Below, piece by piece: positions 1-8,476 of a stretch of DNA of 64,000 nucleotides. The DNA comes from a virus. Position numbers and translations under genes: made by a program. The notes under the pieces were generated by a model. That model saw nothing but the letters and a program-made list of their open reading frames with translations. It was not told the DNA's origin and searched no databases. Within the stretch, counting starts at the first letter, position 1. Each line of letters begins with the position of its first letter. The DNA is taken from the IMG/VR virus record IMGVR_UViG_3300025138_000015; one strand, 5' to 3'.

Positions 1-230
1 TCTTTCTCTTTTGAGATTGTGATGTCTTTCTTATCAAATCCAGCTAATGCAAGTTCGATACTGAAGTTCTCTGCATCGTGTTTTACAATATTGTAAGGTG
101 GATAGTTTGTATTAGTCGGTGACTGATTAGCCCTTTCTAATAGTTGAAGAGTTCTGTCGAACCCGATTGCGAATGGGAATGATTTCCCGAAATTGAAGAC
201 ATCGAAGTCTCCGAGCTGTTTACTTGTCAT
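1..230 (-). CDS. hsp20: Small heat shock protein Hsp20/IbpA family (runs off window start)
   Basis: Manual translation MTSKQLGDFDVFNFGKSFPFAIGFDRTL...NYPPYNIVKHDAENFSIELALAGFDKKDI; GGAG SD upstream; not in ORF track. Confidence 0.92.
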   Translation of the reverse strand, partial: MTSKQLGDFDVFNFGKSFPFAIGFDRTLQLLERANQSPTNTNYPPYNIVKHDAENFSIELALAGFDKKDITISKEK

Positions 231-288
231 AGTTTTCTCCTTTATTAAGCAAGTTATGTTATGTAACCTCTAATGAGCATTACAATGG

Positions 289-338
289 TATTTATAACAC
301 CATATACCTATTATAAGGTCTTTTTCTGAAATTTCAAG
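289..338 (-). promoter_or_regulatory. Tandem promoters for hsp20: TTGAAA-N16-TATAAT plus T4 late box TATAAATA (289-296)
   Basis: Minus strand cTTGAAAtttcagaaaaagacctTATAATaggtatatggtgtTATAAATA. Confidence 0.6.
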
Positions 339-939
339 CGGTTTTTTGTAATTTATGACATCTTTTTGATGCTTTGTTTTTGACACTGTTATTATTTAAT
401 ACAACTATAGCCATAAGAGTATTGACATCTCTCATGTCTTCTTGTGTCATTACTGGTTGTTTCATTTCAAGAGTGACTACTGGATAAAGAATAAGAAACT
501 TTCTTACACCCATTTTCATTACTGAGGGTCTTTCACCAAAGATAGGATTTGCTTCATAAACACAATCGTATTTGAGTCCTTTATATGTGGTATACATATC
601 AAGGAATTGAAGTGTTATAAATGTAGTCCACTGAAAAGTGGATACTGGTTCATATAGTGTAAATTGTGACTTTCTCAGATTTACCTTTGACGAGAATTCT
701 GTCGACTTCAGTGAATGTTCTAGCAGGACACTGGAGATATGTTTCTTCTGATAACAACAAGTCCACCCCATTATAATTTCTCGTTTGGCCTTCGAGTCTA
801 GCACCAAGGTTGACGGCATCTCCAATGACGGAATAGTCAAATCTAAGTTCGCTACCCATGTTTCCGACAATACATTCTCCTGTGCTAATGCCAATACCGA
901 CATTGATAGGAGGGAGATTGAGAGGAGAAAGTTCTTCAT
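334..939 (-). CDS. Exported/membrane hypothetical protein with DUF5658-like C-terminal motif; 5' half overlaps the cyclase gene
   Basis: LQFLDMYTTYKGL...YEANPIFG motif; signal-peptide-like MKNFLLSISLLSMSVLALA start at 939 with AAGGAA upstream. Confidence 0.55.
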   Translation of the reverse strand: MKNFLLSISLLSMSVLALAQENVLSETWVANLDLTIPSLEMPSTLVLDSKAKREIIMGWTCCYQKKHISSVLLEHSLKSTEFSSKVNLRKSQFTLYEPVSTFQWTTFITLQFLDMYTTYKGLKYDCVYEANPIFGERPSVMKMGVRKFLILYPVVTLEMKQPVMTQEDMRDVNTLMAIVVLNNNSVKNKASKRCHKLQKTA

Positions 940-2491
940 TAAGTTCCTTGGTTGCAATTAATATTTCTTCTGCAGACTTTACTGCCAACTCGGCATGATT
1001 TGGACAATTGAGAGGAGCATTCCAGAAGGACATAATACAGTCCCCCATATACTTATCAATAGTTCCAGAATTATTTAGAATTATTTTAGTCTGAACATCT
1101 AAGAATCTATTAATTAAATTTACCAATCCCTCTGGGTCATCATTGTTCTTAAAAGTCTCGCTTATGGGAGTAAATCCACATATGTCCATGAACATGAAGG
1201 TCATCTCTCGCCTTTCACCACCTAGTCTCAATTTACTAGGGTCTTTTTGTAGTTCTTCAACCATGTCGGGAGATAAATATTTTTGGAACTGCTTCTTGAT
1301 TTGTTGTTTTTCTTGGTATGTAATATAGTATTTGTTAAACGAGGCATGTCCAAATATCAACAAGGAGCTTACTGATGAAAAGAAAGTATCGAAAAGAACG
1401 AGTTGAGAAGTCCACAAATAATAACCCCCACCCAGCTGAAGTGCAACTAGTGTTAGACTCATTATCGCCGCAAGAACTGTGGAAAGTTTGTAGACCATCA
1501 ACAATATCATTAAAAGACTTAACGCCAGAAGAACAATCTCGAGCTGTTCAAGATAGTAGGATTGTTGTATTCGAGTGTCTTGCAAGACGGTTTGGATTAG
1601 GTTCGCTTGCACTTCATGGGGATACATTACACCCATTGGGGTTGAAACTGGATTATTCAGACCTTCTGCAGTTAGACCCCATATCAGAATCTTATTATTA
1701 AGACCTGATTCAGGTAAGTCTACAGCAGAGATTCTCTGAAAGGTATTCCAGTATGAAATCATTACATCACCTGTAGGTGTTGTAGATATGGGTGGGTTTC
1801 TTCCCATTCTCACCCATTCTACACCTAGTTCAGGTGTGACTTTTAACTGATAAGATTTTTGGTCAAAGAATGCACGAAGAGTTTCTAGTGCAACTGAAGG
1901 ATATACTTGTTCATTTGCATAGACTAATAGTGGTGCAGAACGAACTGTTCCGTCAAAGTTCGGTGTTCCCGTAATCGGTGGAGTCGAAGATGACACACCA
2001 ACACCGTAAGTATTGTCTCTAAGTATGGGAATTGGTGATACTATCCCACTGTAATTCCATATAAAGTCTTTTGCCTCTGCACCACCTAGTGTGGAAGTTC
2101 CCACAAAAGGTGCAACTCCTGAATCTTTTTGTGGCGAAGGGGCAGAGGATAAAATTGAAAGTCTGTTTATTAATCCTTCGGCGAATAGTGCATCTTCGTT
2201 AGGGGTTCGGTCATTTTCACTAAACACCATACTAAAAACATGAGTATTACTATAATGAGAATCAAGCATAAGTTGACTGTAATTACCACGAGGTAAGGGA
2301 TACTGACCAAGAGTCTCCAAAGTTTTCTCATCAATGTCGACCAAAACGATGTCGTTAACATAAAATTCTCCTTTTTGTTGATGCAGTGTATCAAACCATG
2401 ACCACTGTATGTTCTCAACAATGTATGGTGACCATATCTTTAACCCTACTAGTAATGATATGCTTACTAGAACTGATTTCCAACTAAACAT
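650..2491 (-). CDS. CHASE2-domain class III adenylate/guanylate cyclase
   Basis: N-terminal TM, IVLVDIDEKTL...YPLPR CHASE2 signature, three TMs, FMDICGFT, DKYMGDCIM, GIGISTG, DYSVIGDAVNLGARLE. Confidence 0.93.
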   Translation of the reverse strand: MFSWKSVLVSISLLVGLKIWSPYIVENIQWSWFDTLHQQKGEFYVNDIVLVDIDEKTLETLGQYPLPRGNYSQLMLDSHYSNTHVFSMVFSENDRTPNEDALFAEGLINRLSILSSAPSPQKDSGVAPFVGTSTLGGAEAKDFIWNYSGIVSPIPILRDNTYGVGVSSSTPPITGTPNFDGTVRSAPLLVYANEQVYPSVALETLRAFFDQKSYQLKVTPELGVEWVRMGRNPPISTTPTGDVMISYWNTFQRISAVDLPESGLNNKILIWGLTAEGLNNPVSTPMGVMYPHEVQANLIQTVLQDTRIQQSYYLEQLEIVLLALSLLMILLMVYKLSTVLAAIMSLTLVALQLGGGYYLWTSQLVLFDTFFSSVSSLLIFGHASFNKYYITYQEKQQIKKQFQKYLSPDMVEELQKDPSKLRLGGERREMTFMFMDICGFTPISETFKNNDDPEGLVNLINRFLDVQTKIILNNSGTIDKYMGDCIMSFWNAPLNCPNHAELAVKSAEEILIATKELNEELSPLNLPPINVGIGISTGECIVGNMGSELRFDYSVIGDAVNLGARLEGQTRNYNGVDLLLSEETYLQCPARTFTEVDRILVKGKSEKVTIYTI

Positions 2492-2624
2492 AGAATAAGT
2501 AGATTGCACCACCTATTAAAACTGTTGCTAGAATTATGCGAAATACTTTCATCCAAAATTTCTTTCTTTCACTTTTTCTGTAGTCATTGACCATATCAAC
2601 GACTCTTTGTGGATAATAACTCAT
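2484..2624 (-). CDS. Small single-TM protein (46 aa)
   Basis: Manual translation MSYYPQRVVDMVNDYRKSERKKFWMKVFRIILATVLIGGAIYLFYV; fills the gap with overlapping start/stop codons. Confidence 0.6.
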   Translation of the reverse strand: MSYYPQRVVDMVNDYRKSERKKFWMKVFRIILATVLIGGAIYLFYV

Positions 2625-2899
2625 GAAAATTTCTTTTGTATTTTTTTATAGATGTAGTATATAGAGAGCCCATAAGTTGCAAGGACTGTCATTGTAAAAC
2701 CAATGTAAACTAGTTCTATTGGTGTAAGGAAGAGAACTTGCCAAACAAAATCACCTGCAGCTTCGACATCTCCTAATTCAAGTTCTGATTCGAGTTCATC
2801 GTCCCACTCGATAGGCTGTGTACAAATCTGATTATCATCCATATGTGAACCACTCATTGTTGTGTTATCGATACTGAACAACCGCCAACTGTTTGACAA
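2621..2899 (-). CDS. Small membrane protein (true start probably downstream, near 2843-2857)
   Basis: Acidic N-terminal region, hydrophobic segment, basic tail; in operon. Confidence 0.55.
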   Translation of the reverse strand: MSNSWRLFSIDNTTMSGSHMDDNQICTQPIEWDDELESELELGDVEAAGDFVWQVLFLTPIELVYIGFTMTVLATYGLSIYYIYKKIQKKFS

Positions 2900-3513
2900 T
2901 TCTGAGTAAGATTATAAGACTTATTACTAGTACCTTCTTGCAACAGATTAAATGTTGTTGGGTATGCACCAGTTAATGTTATTTGTGAAGTGTGGGCACC
3001 AGAACCTCTCTGCATAATACTTGTATCTGAACCTGAAGAAGAACCATAATAGTATGTGTGGTTGTATTTTGTTCCTGCACCTTCTTGCCACAATTCGTGG
3101 TCAACATTACTTGCATGTATGTCTAAGTTATGTGTATGAGAACCATTCTGATAGATATCAACATCATTACTATTACCCCTTATGTGCCTACCATATGTTG
3201 CACCATCATACTGTATTACTGCTTCGTTATTGCCTGTGCCATCGACATCACCACCCCAAGCTTTACCTGAACCCCAATATGAAACCCAAGAAATACTATT
3301 TCCTGAACCGTTTTGTTGAAAGTTAAATGTATTGTTTGCATGGTCAAAGGAGAAGTTTACTGTATTATCTGAACCTATTTGTGTGACATTAATATTTGCA
3401 TTGTCTCCACCACCGACTTGTTCAATATGAACATGATTATCACCAGCGAAAACCATAGGGGTCAATAAGACCCCTAAAGTAAATTTCAATAATGATTTAG
3501 TTATATAATCCAT
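2854..3513 (-). CDS. Curlin-repeat protein (CsgA/CsgB-like)
   Basis: Signal peptide, then repeated N-x-x-x-I-x-Q-x-G-x-x-N units (NHVHIEQVGG, NINVTQIGSDN, DVDIYQNG); C-terminal CxxxxxC. Confidence 0.82.
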   Translation of the reverse strand: MDYITKSLLKFTLGVLLTPMVFAGDNHVHIEQVGGGDNANINVTQIGSDNTVNFSFDHANNTFNFQQNGSGNSISWVSYWGSGKAWGGDVDGTGNNEAVIQYDGATYGRHIRGNSNDVDIYQNGSHTHNLDIHASNVDHELWQEGAGTKYNHTYYYGSSSGSDTSIMQRGSGAHTSQITLTGAYPTTFNLLQEGTSNKSYNLTQNCQTVGGCSVSITQQ

Positions 3514-3728
3514 AGTAATATCATCGTTAAGAAAACCCCTTTACTAAATGCCAACCAATACATATGGTAGTCATCAAGTCTAACAGACTTCTGAAACCCA
3601 ACTAATTGGGATTCATGCCATTCACGGAGTTGTGATAACATATTTATCATACGACCTCCTCTTTTTGTGTTGTCGTAGTAGTATTTAGTTAACTTGGTTG
3701 ATGTAAATGAAGATTTCATCTCCACCAT
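3501..3728 (-). CDS. Small membrane protein (likely start MINMLSQ at 3650)
   Basis: GGAGG SD before the internal ATG; hydrophobic C-terminus. Confidence 0.55.
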   Translation of the reverse strand: MVEMKSSFTSTKLTKYYYDNTKRGGRMINMLSQLREWHESQLVGFQKSVRLDDYHMYWLAFSKGVFLTMILLWII

Positions 3729-4845
3729 TTACTGTTATAACACCTTCATAACTTGGTGTAATTGTGTTTAATTGTACTGATGCACCTGGTTGAAATGTTA
3801 AAGTTATCTTTCCTTCAACCTCTCTGTAAAATACAAGACCACCATCTTCAATAAAAACATTGTATTGTGAATCTTTATTCTTACCAAGTGAAGCACCTTT
3901 TATGTTAAAGTCTGAACTTCCACCCGAAGATGATTGTCTATCTCCCAAAGCCTTTGTGGTTTTAATTAGTTCTTCAACAACATCTAACATGTCTACTAAG
4001 AAGTCTGCATCTAAGAAGTCAATATCAATAGAACTATATCTTGCATCATAGTCTGGGTCATTTGCATAATCATCGTAGTCTTTTTCCAACTCATTGAACT
4101 CTAAGAAATCTACATCTAACATTCCTTGGTCTTCATTGTTATCATCTTGAGCTGCTTCTTGTACTGCCTCTGCAACTGCCGGTGGTGGTGCAACAATAAA
4201 CATATTATCTATCTGATTAACTGATAGATTTGATATCGTCACAGGACTTGTTGGTGGACTATCTAAACTTGAAACCATTGTTGCCTGAAATGCCTTATCT
4301 AAGACTATTCGACCACCTTCATTTATGACTGTTATTTCTCCTGATGAATCACCAAATCTATCAGGAAGTAGAACTATCAAACTCCTTCCGAGTTCGTCAA
4401 TGGTTGTTGTAAAATCTGTACCACGGATTGCTATTTGTGCCGTAGGTGTTCGTATGTCTATGTTAGACTTTTTAATTTTTTGACCATTTCCAGAAGCAAA
4501 TCGTGCCGTGCCTTGCATCATTCTTAAAGACATCTTCGATAAACTTGGATTTGGGTCGTAGTATACTTCGTCTATGTATACTTGTGTGTGTTCTGTAAGT
4601 GCAAGTTCCTCATCATCAAGGAACTCAATAAGCATTCTGCCGTTGCCTGTTATTGCCTCATCATAGAGAACAATTCCTGTGCCAACATCATTACCTATTT
4701 CAGAATTGTTTCTAAGAACAGAACCAATTCCTGTGGATTCTACAATATCTCCAATGGAGTCTGCGTGAACAGACCCCATGAAGAGTAAACTACTAAGAAT
4801 CAGTAGATGTGTCTTTCTGATTGATTTGTATAATTGAATTATCAC
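3685..4845 (-). CDS. FecR-domain exported protein
   Basis: Signal peptide; IEFLDDEELALTEHT, LRMMQGTARF, IRTPTAQIAIRGTDF FecR motifs; acidic C-terminal extension. Confidence 0.85.
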   Translation of the reverse strand: MIIQLYKSIRKTHLLILSSLLFMGSVHADSIGDIVESTGIGSVLRNNSEIGNDVGTGIVLYDEAITGNGRMLIEFLDDEELALTEHTQVYIDEVYYDPNPSLSKMSLRMMQGTARFASGNGQKIKKSNIDIRTPTAQIAIRGTDFTTTIDELGRSLIVLLPDRFGDSSGEITVINEGGRIVLDKAFQATMVSSLDSPPTSPVTISNLSVNQIDNMFIVAPPPAVAEAVQEAAQDDNNEDQGMLDVDFLEFNELEKDYDDYANDPDYDARYSSIDIDFLDADFLVDMLDVVEELIKTTKALGDRQSSSGGSSDFNIKGASLGKNKDSQYNVFIEDGGLVFYREVEGKITLTFQPGASVQLNTITPSYEGVITVNGGDEIFIYINQVN

Positions 4846-5521
4846 TTGTGATGTCCAATGTTATCTCACCTTTACAAGTAGAAATACCTGTTGGGCATGT
4901 TCCACTTAACTGATTGATGTCTACATCTGCAGAATCACCATTCAATTCAAAAGTAATATTGTGATAGGCACCATCTTTCTGTAATGTGTTGATGTTATTT
5001 GAACCACCTGTGATGTCAAAGTTCCATGTGACATCATCTGATTCTACATCTACATCAAATACATTTGAGTTTCCTATTACAATTAAATCAAAGTCTAACC
5101 TCTCTGCTTGAGCAACTGAACCTTGGTCAAAGTTCATATTATTAGAATCACCAGTTATATCTACCAACATATTGGAAGAATCTGATGAACCAGATGAACC
5201 AATTAACCAATCAAACACATTACTATCACCGTTAAATTCTAGTGTGTATGATGATGAATCGGCAATCAATGTTCCATAAAGTAAGTTCTCGTTACCTAAC
5301 TGGTCGATGTTAAAAACCAACGAAGTACCTGTGATAGGCATGGCAGCTGAACTACTTGAAAAGTCATTCAGTCCCATTTTGTTACCATAACCGACTTGGT
5401 CGACATATAATCTTAATGTATCACCAACTTGTGTTATGTTAATTTCGTTGTCATCGTCTGCAGCTGCAAACAGAAAAGGTACAGTCAAAAATAAACTTAG
5501 CGCTAATATTATTTTTTTCAT
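4793..5521 (-). CDS. Curlin-repeat protein (CsgA/CsgB-like)
   Basis: MKKIILALSLFL signal peptide; repeats NEINITQVGD, YVDQVGYGN, NIDQLGNEN, DITGDSN. Confidence 0.8.
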   Translation of the reverse strand: MKKIILALSLFLTVPFLFAAADDDNEINITQVGDTLRLYVDQVGYGNKMGLNDFSSSSAAMPITGTSLVFNIDQLGNENLLYGTLIADSSSYTLEFNGDSNVFDWLIGSSGSSDSSNMLVDITGDSNNMNFDQGSVAQAERLDFDLIVIGNSNVFDVDVESDDVTWNFDITGGSNNINTLQKDGAYHNITFELNGDSADVDINQLSGTCPTGISTCKGEITLDITSDNSIIQINQKDTSTDS

Positions 5522-6432
5522 TTTTCTTTTCCTTCTATTTCCCAAAAACCTCTATCGTGTCCTTGGTTTATTAATTCGAACACTGCCGCTTCAACTGCAG
5601 ACCGTGTCGCGTATGTCACACTCTCATTATTTCCCACTCCGTCCTCGAATTCGATGAGTTGTGTTCCTTGTTCTATAAATCGGAATACATCACCTCCTCC
5701 ACCATAAGAAAGGATAGTCTTTCTTGTTTGGACATTCAATAATACTTCACCAGTTAGAACTGATACTGCTCGTAATGAAACAGTCACAGCATCCTTTCTA
5801 TACATCCTACTAACACCAACTCCAAGAGTTCTGGCACCTCGGCCACCACTCTCTAAATTGGTATCATACCCAATAATTCCACCCTCGATAATCATTCCTG
5901 CAAATAAAAGTGGTGCAACACCTGGAGAATCTTCTCCTTTTTTCTTTGCAATATCATCTCTGGCAGACCTAATAATTTGTCTCTCTCTAACAAGGTGGTC
6001 TAAACCTTGTCTTTCAACCACTCTAAACCATGTGTCTCCACCAGCAGTCTTTAATGCATCAATTAATAACTCAGTTCCACCTTGTGAGACTGCAGTTGAA
6101 AATGATGCAAGGTTATCAACTGCCTTTCTTTGTCCTGTTTTGTCTGAAAAATTATAGACTGCAACTACTGGTTTATTTTTTGCAGGTGGTAATTTAAGTA
6201 GTTCTATATAACTTGGAAGTTTAACTGCTTCTGGTTCATCAACACAAATGAAAGGCATTGCTCTCTCAAAAGTTCTACCCATTGCTCTGGCATAGTTAAC
6301 CAAATCATGGTCGTATTCATCACCCCATGTTTCTGGATTACACTCTTGTGGTTCGTTTGAAAATCTAGGAACCGATGCGCAAGAGGTAAGTATTATTGCT
6401 AAACTAACCGCCGTCAGTAGTCGAACCGTCAC
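5518..6432 (-). CDS. csgG: Curli secretion channel lipoprotein CsgG
   Basis: Lipobox LTSC; VAVYNFSDKTGQRK, FSTAVSQG, WFRVVERQGL, EGGIIGYD, VTVSLRAVSVLTGEVL; likely GTG start at 6432. Confidence 0.95.
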   Translation of the reverse strand: MTVRLLTAVSLAIILTSCASVPRFSNEPQECNPETWGDEYDHDLVNYARAMGRTFERAMPFICVDEPEAVKLPSYIELLKLPPAKNKPVVAVYNFSDKTGQRKAVDNLASFSTAVSQGGTELLIDALKTAGGDTWFRVVERQGLDHLVRERQIIRSARDDIAKKKGEDSPGVAPLLFAGMIIEGGIIGYDTNLESGGRGARTLGVGVSRMYRKDAVTVSLRAVSVLTGEVLLNVQTRKTILSYGGGGDVFRFIEQGTQLIEFEDGVGNNESVTYATRSAVEAAVFELINQGHDRGFWEIEGKEK

Positions 6433-6907
6433 CTGTATCACTCCCGAAGTTACCACTTCCAATTGGTATCTCTAAAATTGTTTCTGTTCCGTCACTATCA
6501 ATTATTGTCATTCTAATAAATTCTGTTCCATCTAAATTTGTTATAACTTCATATGTGACTGTTGAACCTTCTAATACGAATGAACCGAATCTAACTGGAT
6601 TATCGTTGTTGAACATATTTTCAACCAACTGTTTTGCCATTTGGGCATAGATTCTCGATTCTAAATTTCTAATAAATTTTGCTAAGGTTGTATTGTTCTC
6701 TTCTCTCTCGGCTGCTTTTCTTGCCGCTTCTAGTGCCTCTTCAATTGCCTTTTTTCTGGAGAACTCTTGGTTTTCCACGGTCAAATAATGAGATGCAGTT
6801 CCTACTCCTGAGAAACTAGGATTTTTAAACTTATGTACTATCTCTGTTGCAGATAGTGAAAATGATAATAGAAGTGCGATGAAACACATAGGTAAAATTA
6901 TTTTCAT
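6404..6907 (-). CDS. csgF: Curli assembly component CsgF
   Basis: Signal peptide then EIVHKFKNPSFSG; FIRNLESRIYAQMAKQL; adjacent to csgG. Confidence 0.9.
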   Translation of the reverse strand: MKIILPMCFIALLLSFSLSATEIVHKFKNPSFSGVGTASHYLTVENQEFSRKKAIEEALEAARKAAEREENNTTLAKFIRNLESRIYAQMAKQLVENMFNNDNPVRFGSFVLEGSTVTYEVITNLDGTEFIRMTIIDSDGTETILEIPIGSGNFGSDTGDGSTTDGG

Positions 6908-7161
6908 TTTTCCTTTCTCCTTTTCTTTTCGTTTTCTTTATATTCTAAGACCACATCAACCTTTTGTTGAAGTCTTATAAGGTCTTGGTCTAACATACGC
7001 ACTTGGTCAATTAATCTAATCAATGCCATATGTTGTTTTTCAATTTCAGGTTCTAGTTCGTTACCTACAAACCACCAGATGTAGTATATAAAATAACCTA
7101 GACCAACCATCATTACGATTGGGAATCCGTATTCGGATATTAATTGGGCAACTTCGGACAT
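6904..7161 (-). CDS. Small TM plus coiled-coil protein
   Basis: LISEYGFPI followed by TM and heptads; resembles the next ORF. Confidence 0.7.
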   Translation of the reverse strand: MSEVAQLISEYGFPIVMMVGLGYFIYYIWWFVGNELEPEIEKQHMALIRLIDQVRMLDQDLIRLQQKVDVVLEYKENEKKRRKEK

Positions 7162-7457
7162 TAATCCCTCCGTGCGTCAATCTTATCGTCTTCTATAAAG
7201 TTCTCTGCTCTGGCAATTCTCTCTATATCGGGTCTTAGTTCTAACGCTGAACTTACTAACATGTCTATCTTAATCATTTCGTTAGACATTGTTCTTGCAC
7301 GATTTTCTAGTGACTTACAGAACATGGTTAATGTTTTTATATCGTCTACAACACCTTCTAGTATCTGTTTTATAACAGTGAATATAAAGAAACCCATTAC
7401 TATACTTCCAGCAATAGGGGCACCAACTTCACTTATTAATCCAAAGATATCTTCCAT
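7161..7457 (-). CDS. Small TM plus coiled-coil protein, first gene of the curli operon
   Basis: LISEVGAPI followed by TM and heptads. Confidence 0.7.
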   Translation of the reverse strand: MEDIFGLISEVGAPIAGSIVMGFFIFTVIKQILEGVVDDIKTLTMFCKSLENRARTMSNEMIKIDMLVSSALELRPDIERIARAENFIEDDKIDARRD

Positions 7458-7462
7458 GCCAT

Positions 7463-7470
7463 TATTTATA
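7463..7470 (-). promoter_or_regulatory. T4-type late promoter of the curli/cyclase operon
   Basis: TATAAATA 5 nt before ATG at 7457, just downstream of a terminator. Confidence 0.8.
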
Positions 7471-7490
7471 CTTTTTGATTTCTCTTGGCG

Positions 7491-7519
7491 AAAAAAAAGG
7501 GCACCTTTCAGTACCCTTT
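7491..7519 (-). terminator. Rho-independent terminator
   Basis: AAAGGGTAC-TGAAAG-GTGCCCTTTTTTTT on the minus strand. Confidence 0.85.
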
Positions 7520-7538
7520 AGTGACTTAGAAGTCTATT

Positions 7539-7784
7539 TTATTTCATTTGAGAATGAATAGATTTTATCACTTCTGCTTTTGAACCCGAAACTTTTACCT
7601 TTAGGTTTTCCTTATCTGCAAGTTGAATCAACTGAACTTTAGTTAGTTTCTTTAACTCCGATTGTGAAGGAACTTTCTTTGCAGGTTTCTTTGCAACTGG
7701 TTTTACAGGTGTATCATTTGTAGACTTAGCTAAAAAATGATATGCTAGTAAAAGACCCACGATGCCTAGTATTACATATTCCAT
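7539..7784 (-). CDS. Membrane-anchored protein with Rho-N/SAP-like helical motif
   Basis: N-terminal TM, Lys/Pro linker, ELKKLTKVQLIQLA...SKAEVIKSI. Confidence 0.6.
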   Translation of the reverse strand: MEYVILGIVGLLLAYHFLAKSTNDTPVKPVAKKPAKKVPSQSELKKLTKVQLIQLADKENLKVKVSGSKAEVIKSIHSQMK

Positions 7785-7809
7785 AATTATACCTCTTGTT
7801 TATGTATAC

Positions 7810-8016
7810 TTATTTATCCAACAAAGGATTCTTATCCTTGGCCTTGCCTACTGCTAGTGCAAGAACTTCCAGATACTTGTATACTTTTGCCCAAAGTTTA
7901 TCGTCTGCTGGTGTTGGTGTCAAAGCGACAATAACACTACAGATAGAGATAACCACTGGTATTACCATTAATATATTCCAAATTCCCATAATAAAGTTTG
8001 CGATTGCTGTTAGCAT
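7810..8016 (-). CDS. Small membrane protein, possibly holin-like
   Basis: Hydrophobic helix followed by ALTPTPADD; GGAGG SD. Confidence 0.55.
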   Translation of the reverse strand: MLTAIANFIMGIWNILMVIPVVISICSVIVALTPTPADDKLWAKVYKYLEVLALAVGKAKDKNPLLDK

Positions 8017-8050
8017 AATCCGCCTCCTTATTTGATTTAATCAGGTTTAT

Positions 8051-8476
8051 TTAGGTTTTATTACTACCGATTGAGTATTTTGTTGTTAATTTCCATTGCA
8101 CTTTCTCTTTGAAAGGTATGATTTTAACTTGTGAAAGTGGTGCAGTTGGTTCTTTTATCTTATCATTATCTATAACTTTGATAAGACTCCACTGTTGTAA
8201 TAGATTACAGATAGTATTTCTTCTGCCAATATCATTTTCATCTATGTTGGTTGATTTACCGTCAAGAGCAAACAGTTCTTTGAAATGTACAATGTAATAC
8301 TTGCCTCTCTTATGTAAGATATGACATGATTGAAAAAGTTCTTGGTCTCTGCGAGATGCAACACCAATTCTGGAAAGTGTTTCTCGGATTTTGAGAAAAT
8401 CGTCCTCTTTCTCAAAGGAGATTTCTACTAATTTTTCTACTAAAGGGTCTATTTCATTCATTATTTTTACCACCAA
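8051..8476 (-). CDS. regA: Translational repressor RegA
   Basis: DFLKIRETLSRIGVAS, LFQSCHILHKRGKYYIVHFKELFALDG. Confidence 0.97.
   Translation of the reverse strand: MVVKIMNEIDPLVEKLVEISFEKEDDFLKIRETLSRIGVASRRDQELFQSCHILHKRGKYYIVHFKELFALDGKSTNIDENDIGRRNTICNLLQQWSLIKVIDNDKIKEPTAPLSQVKIIPFKEKVQWKLTTKYSIGSNKT

Noticed and set aside
7460-7540. Riboswitch upstream of the curli operon
   Set aside because: The interval is explained by a terminator and a late promoter 5 nt from the ATG; no recognisable aptamer
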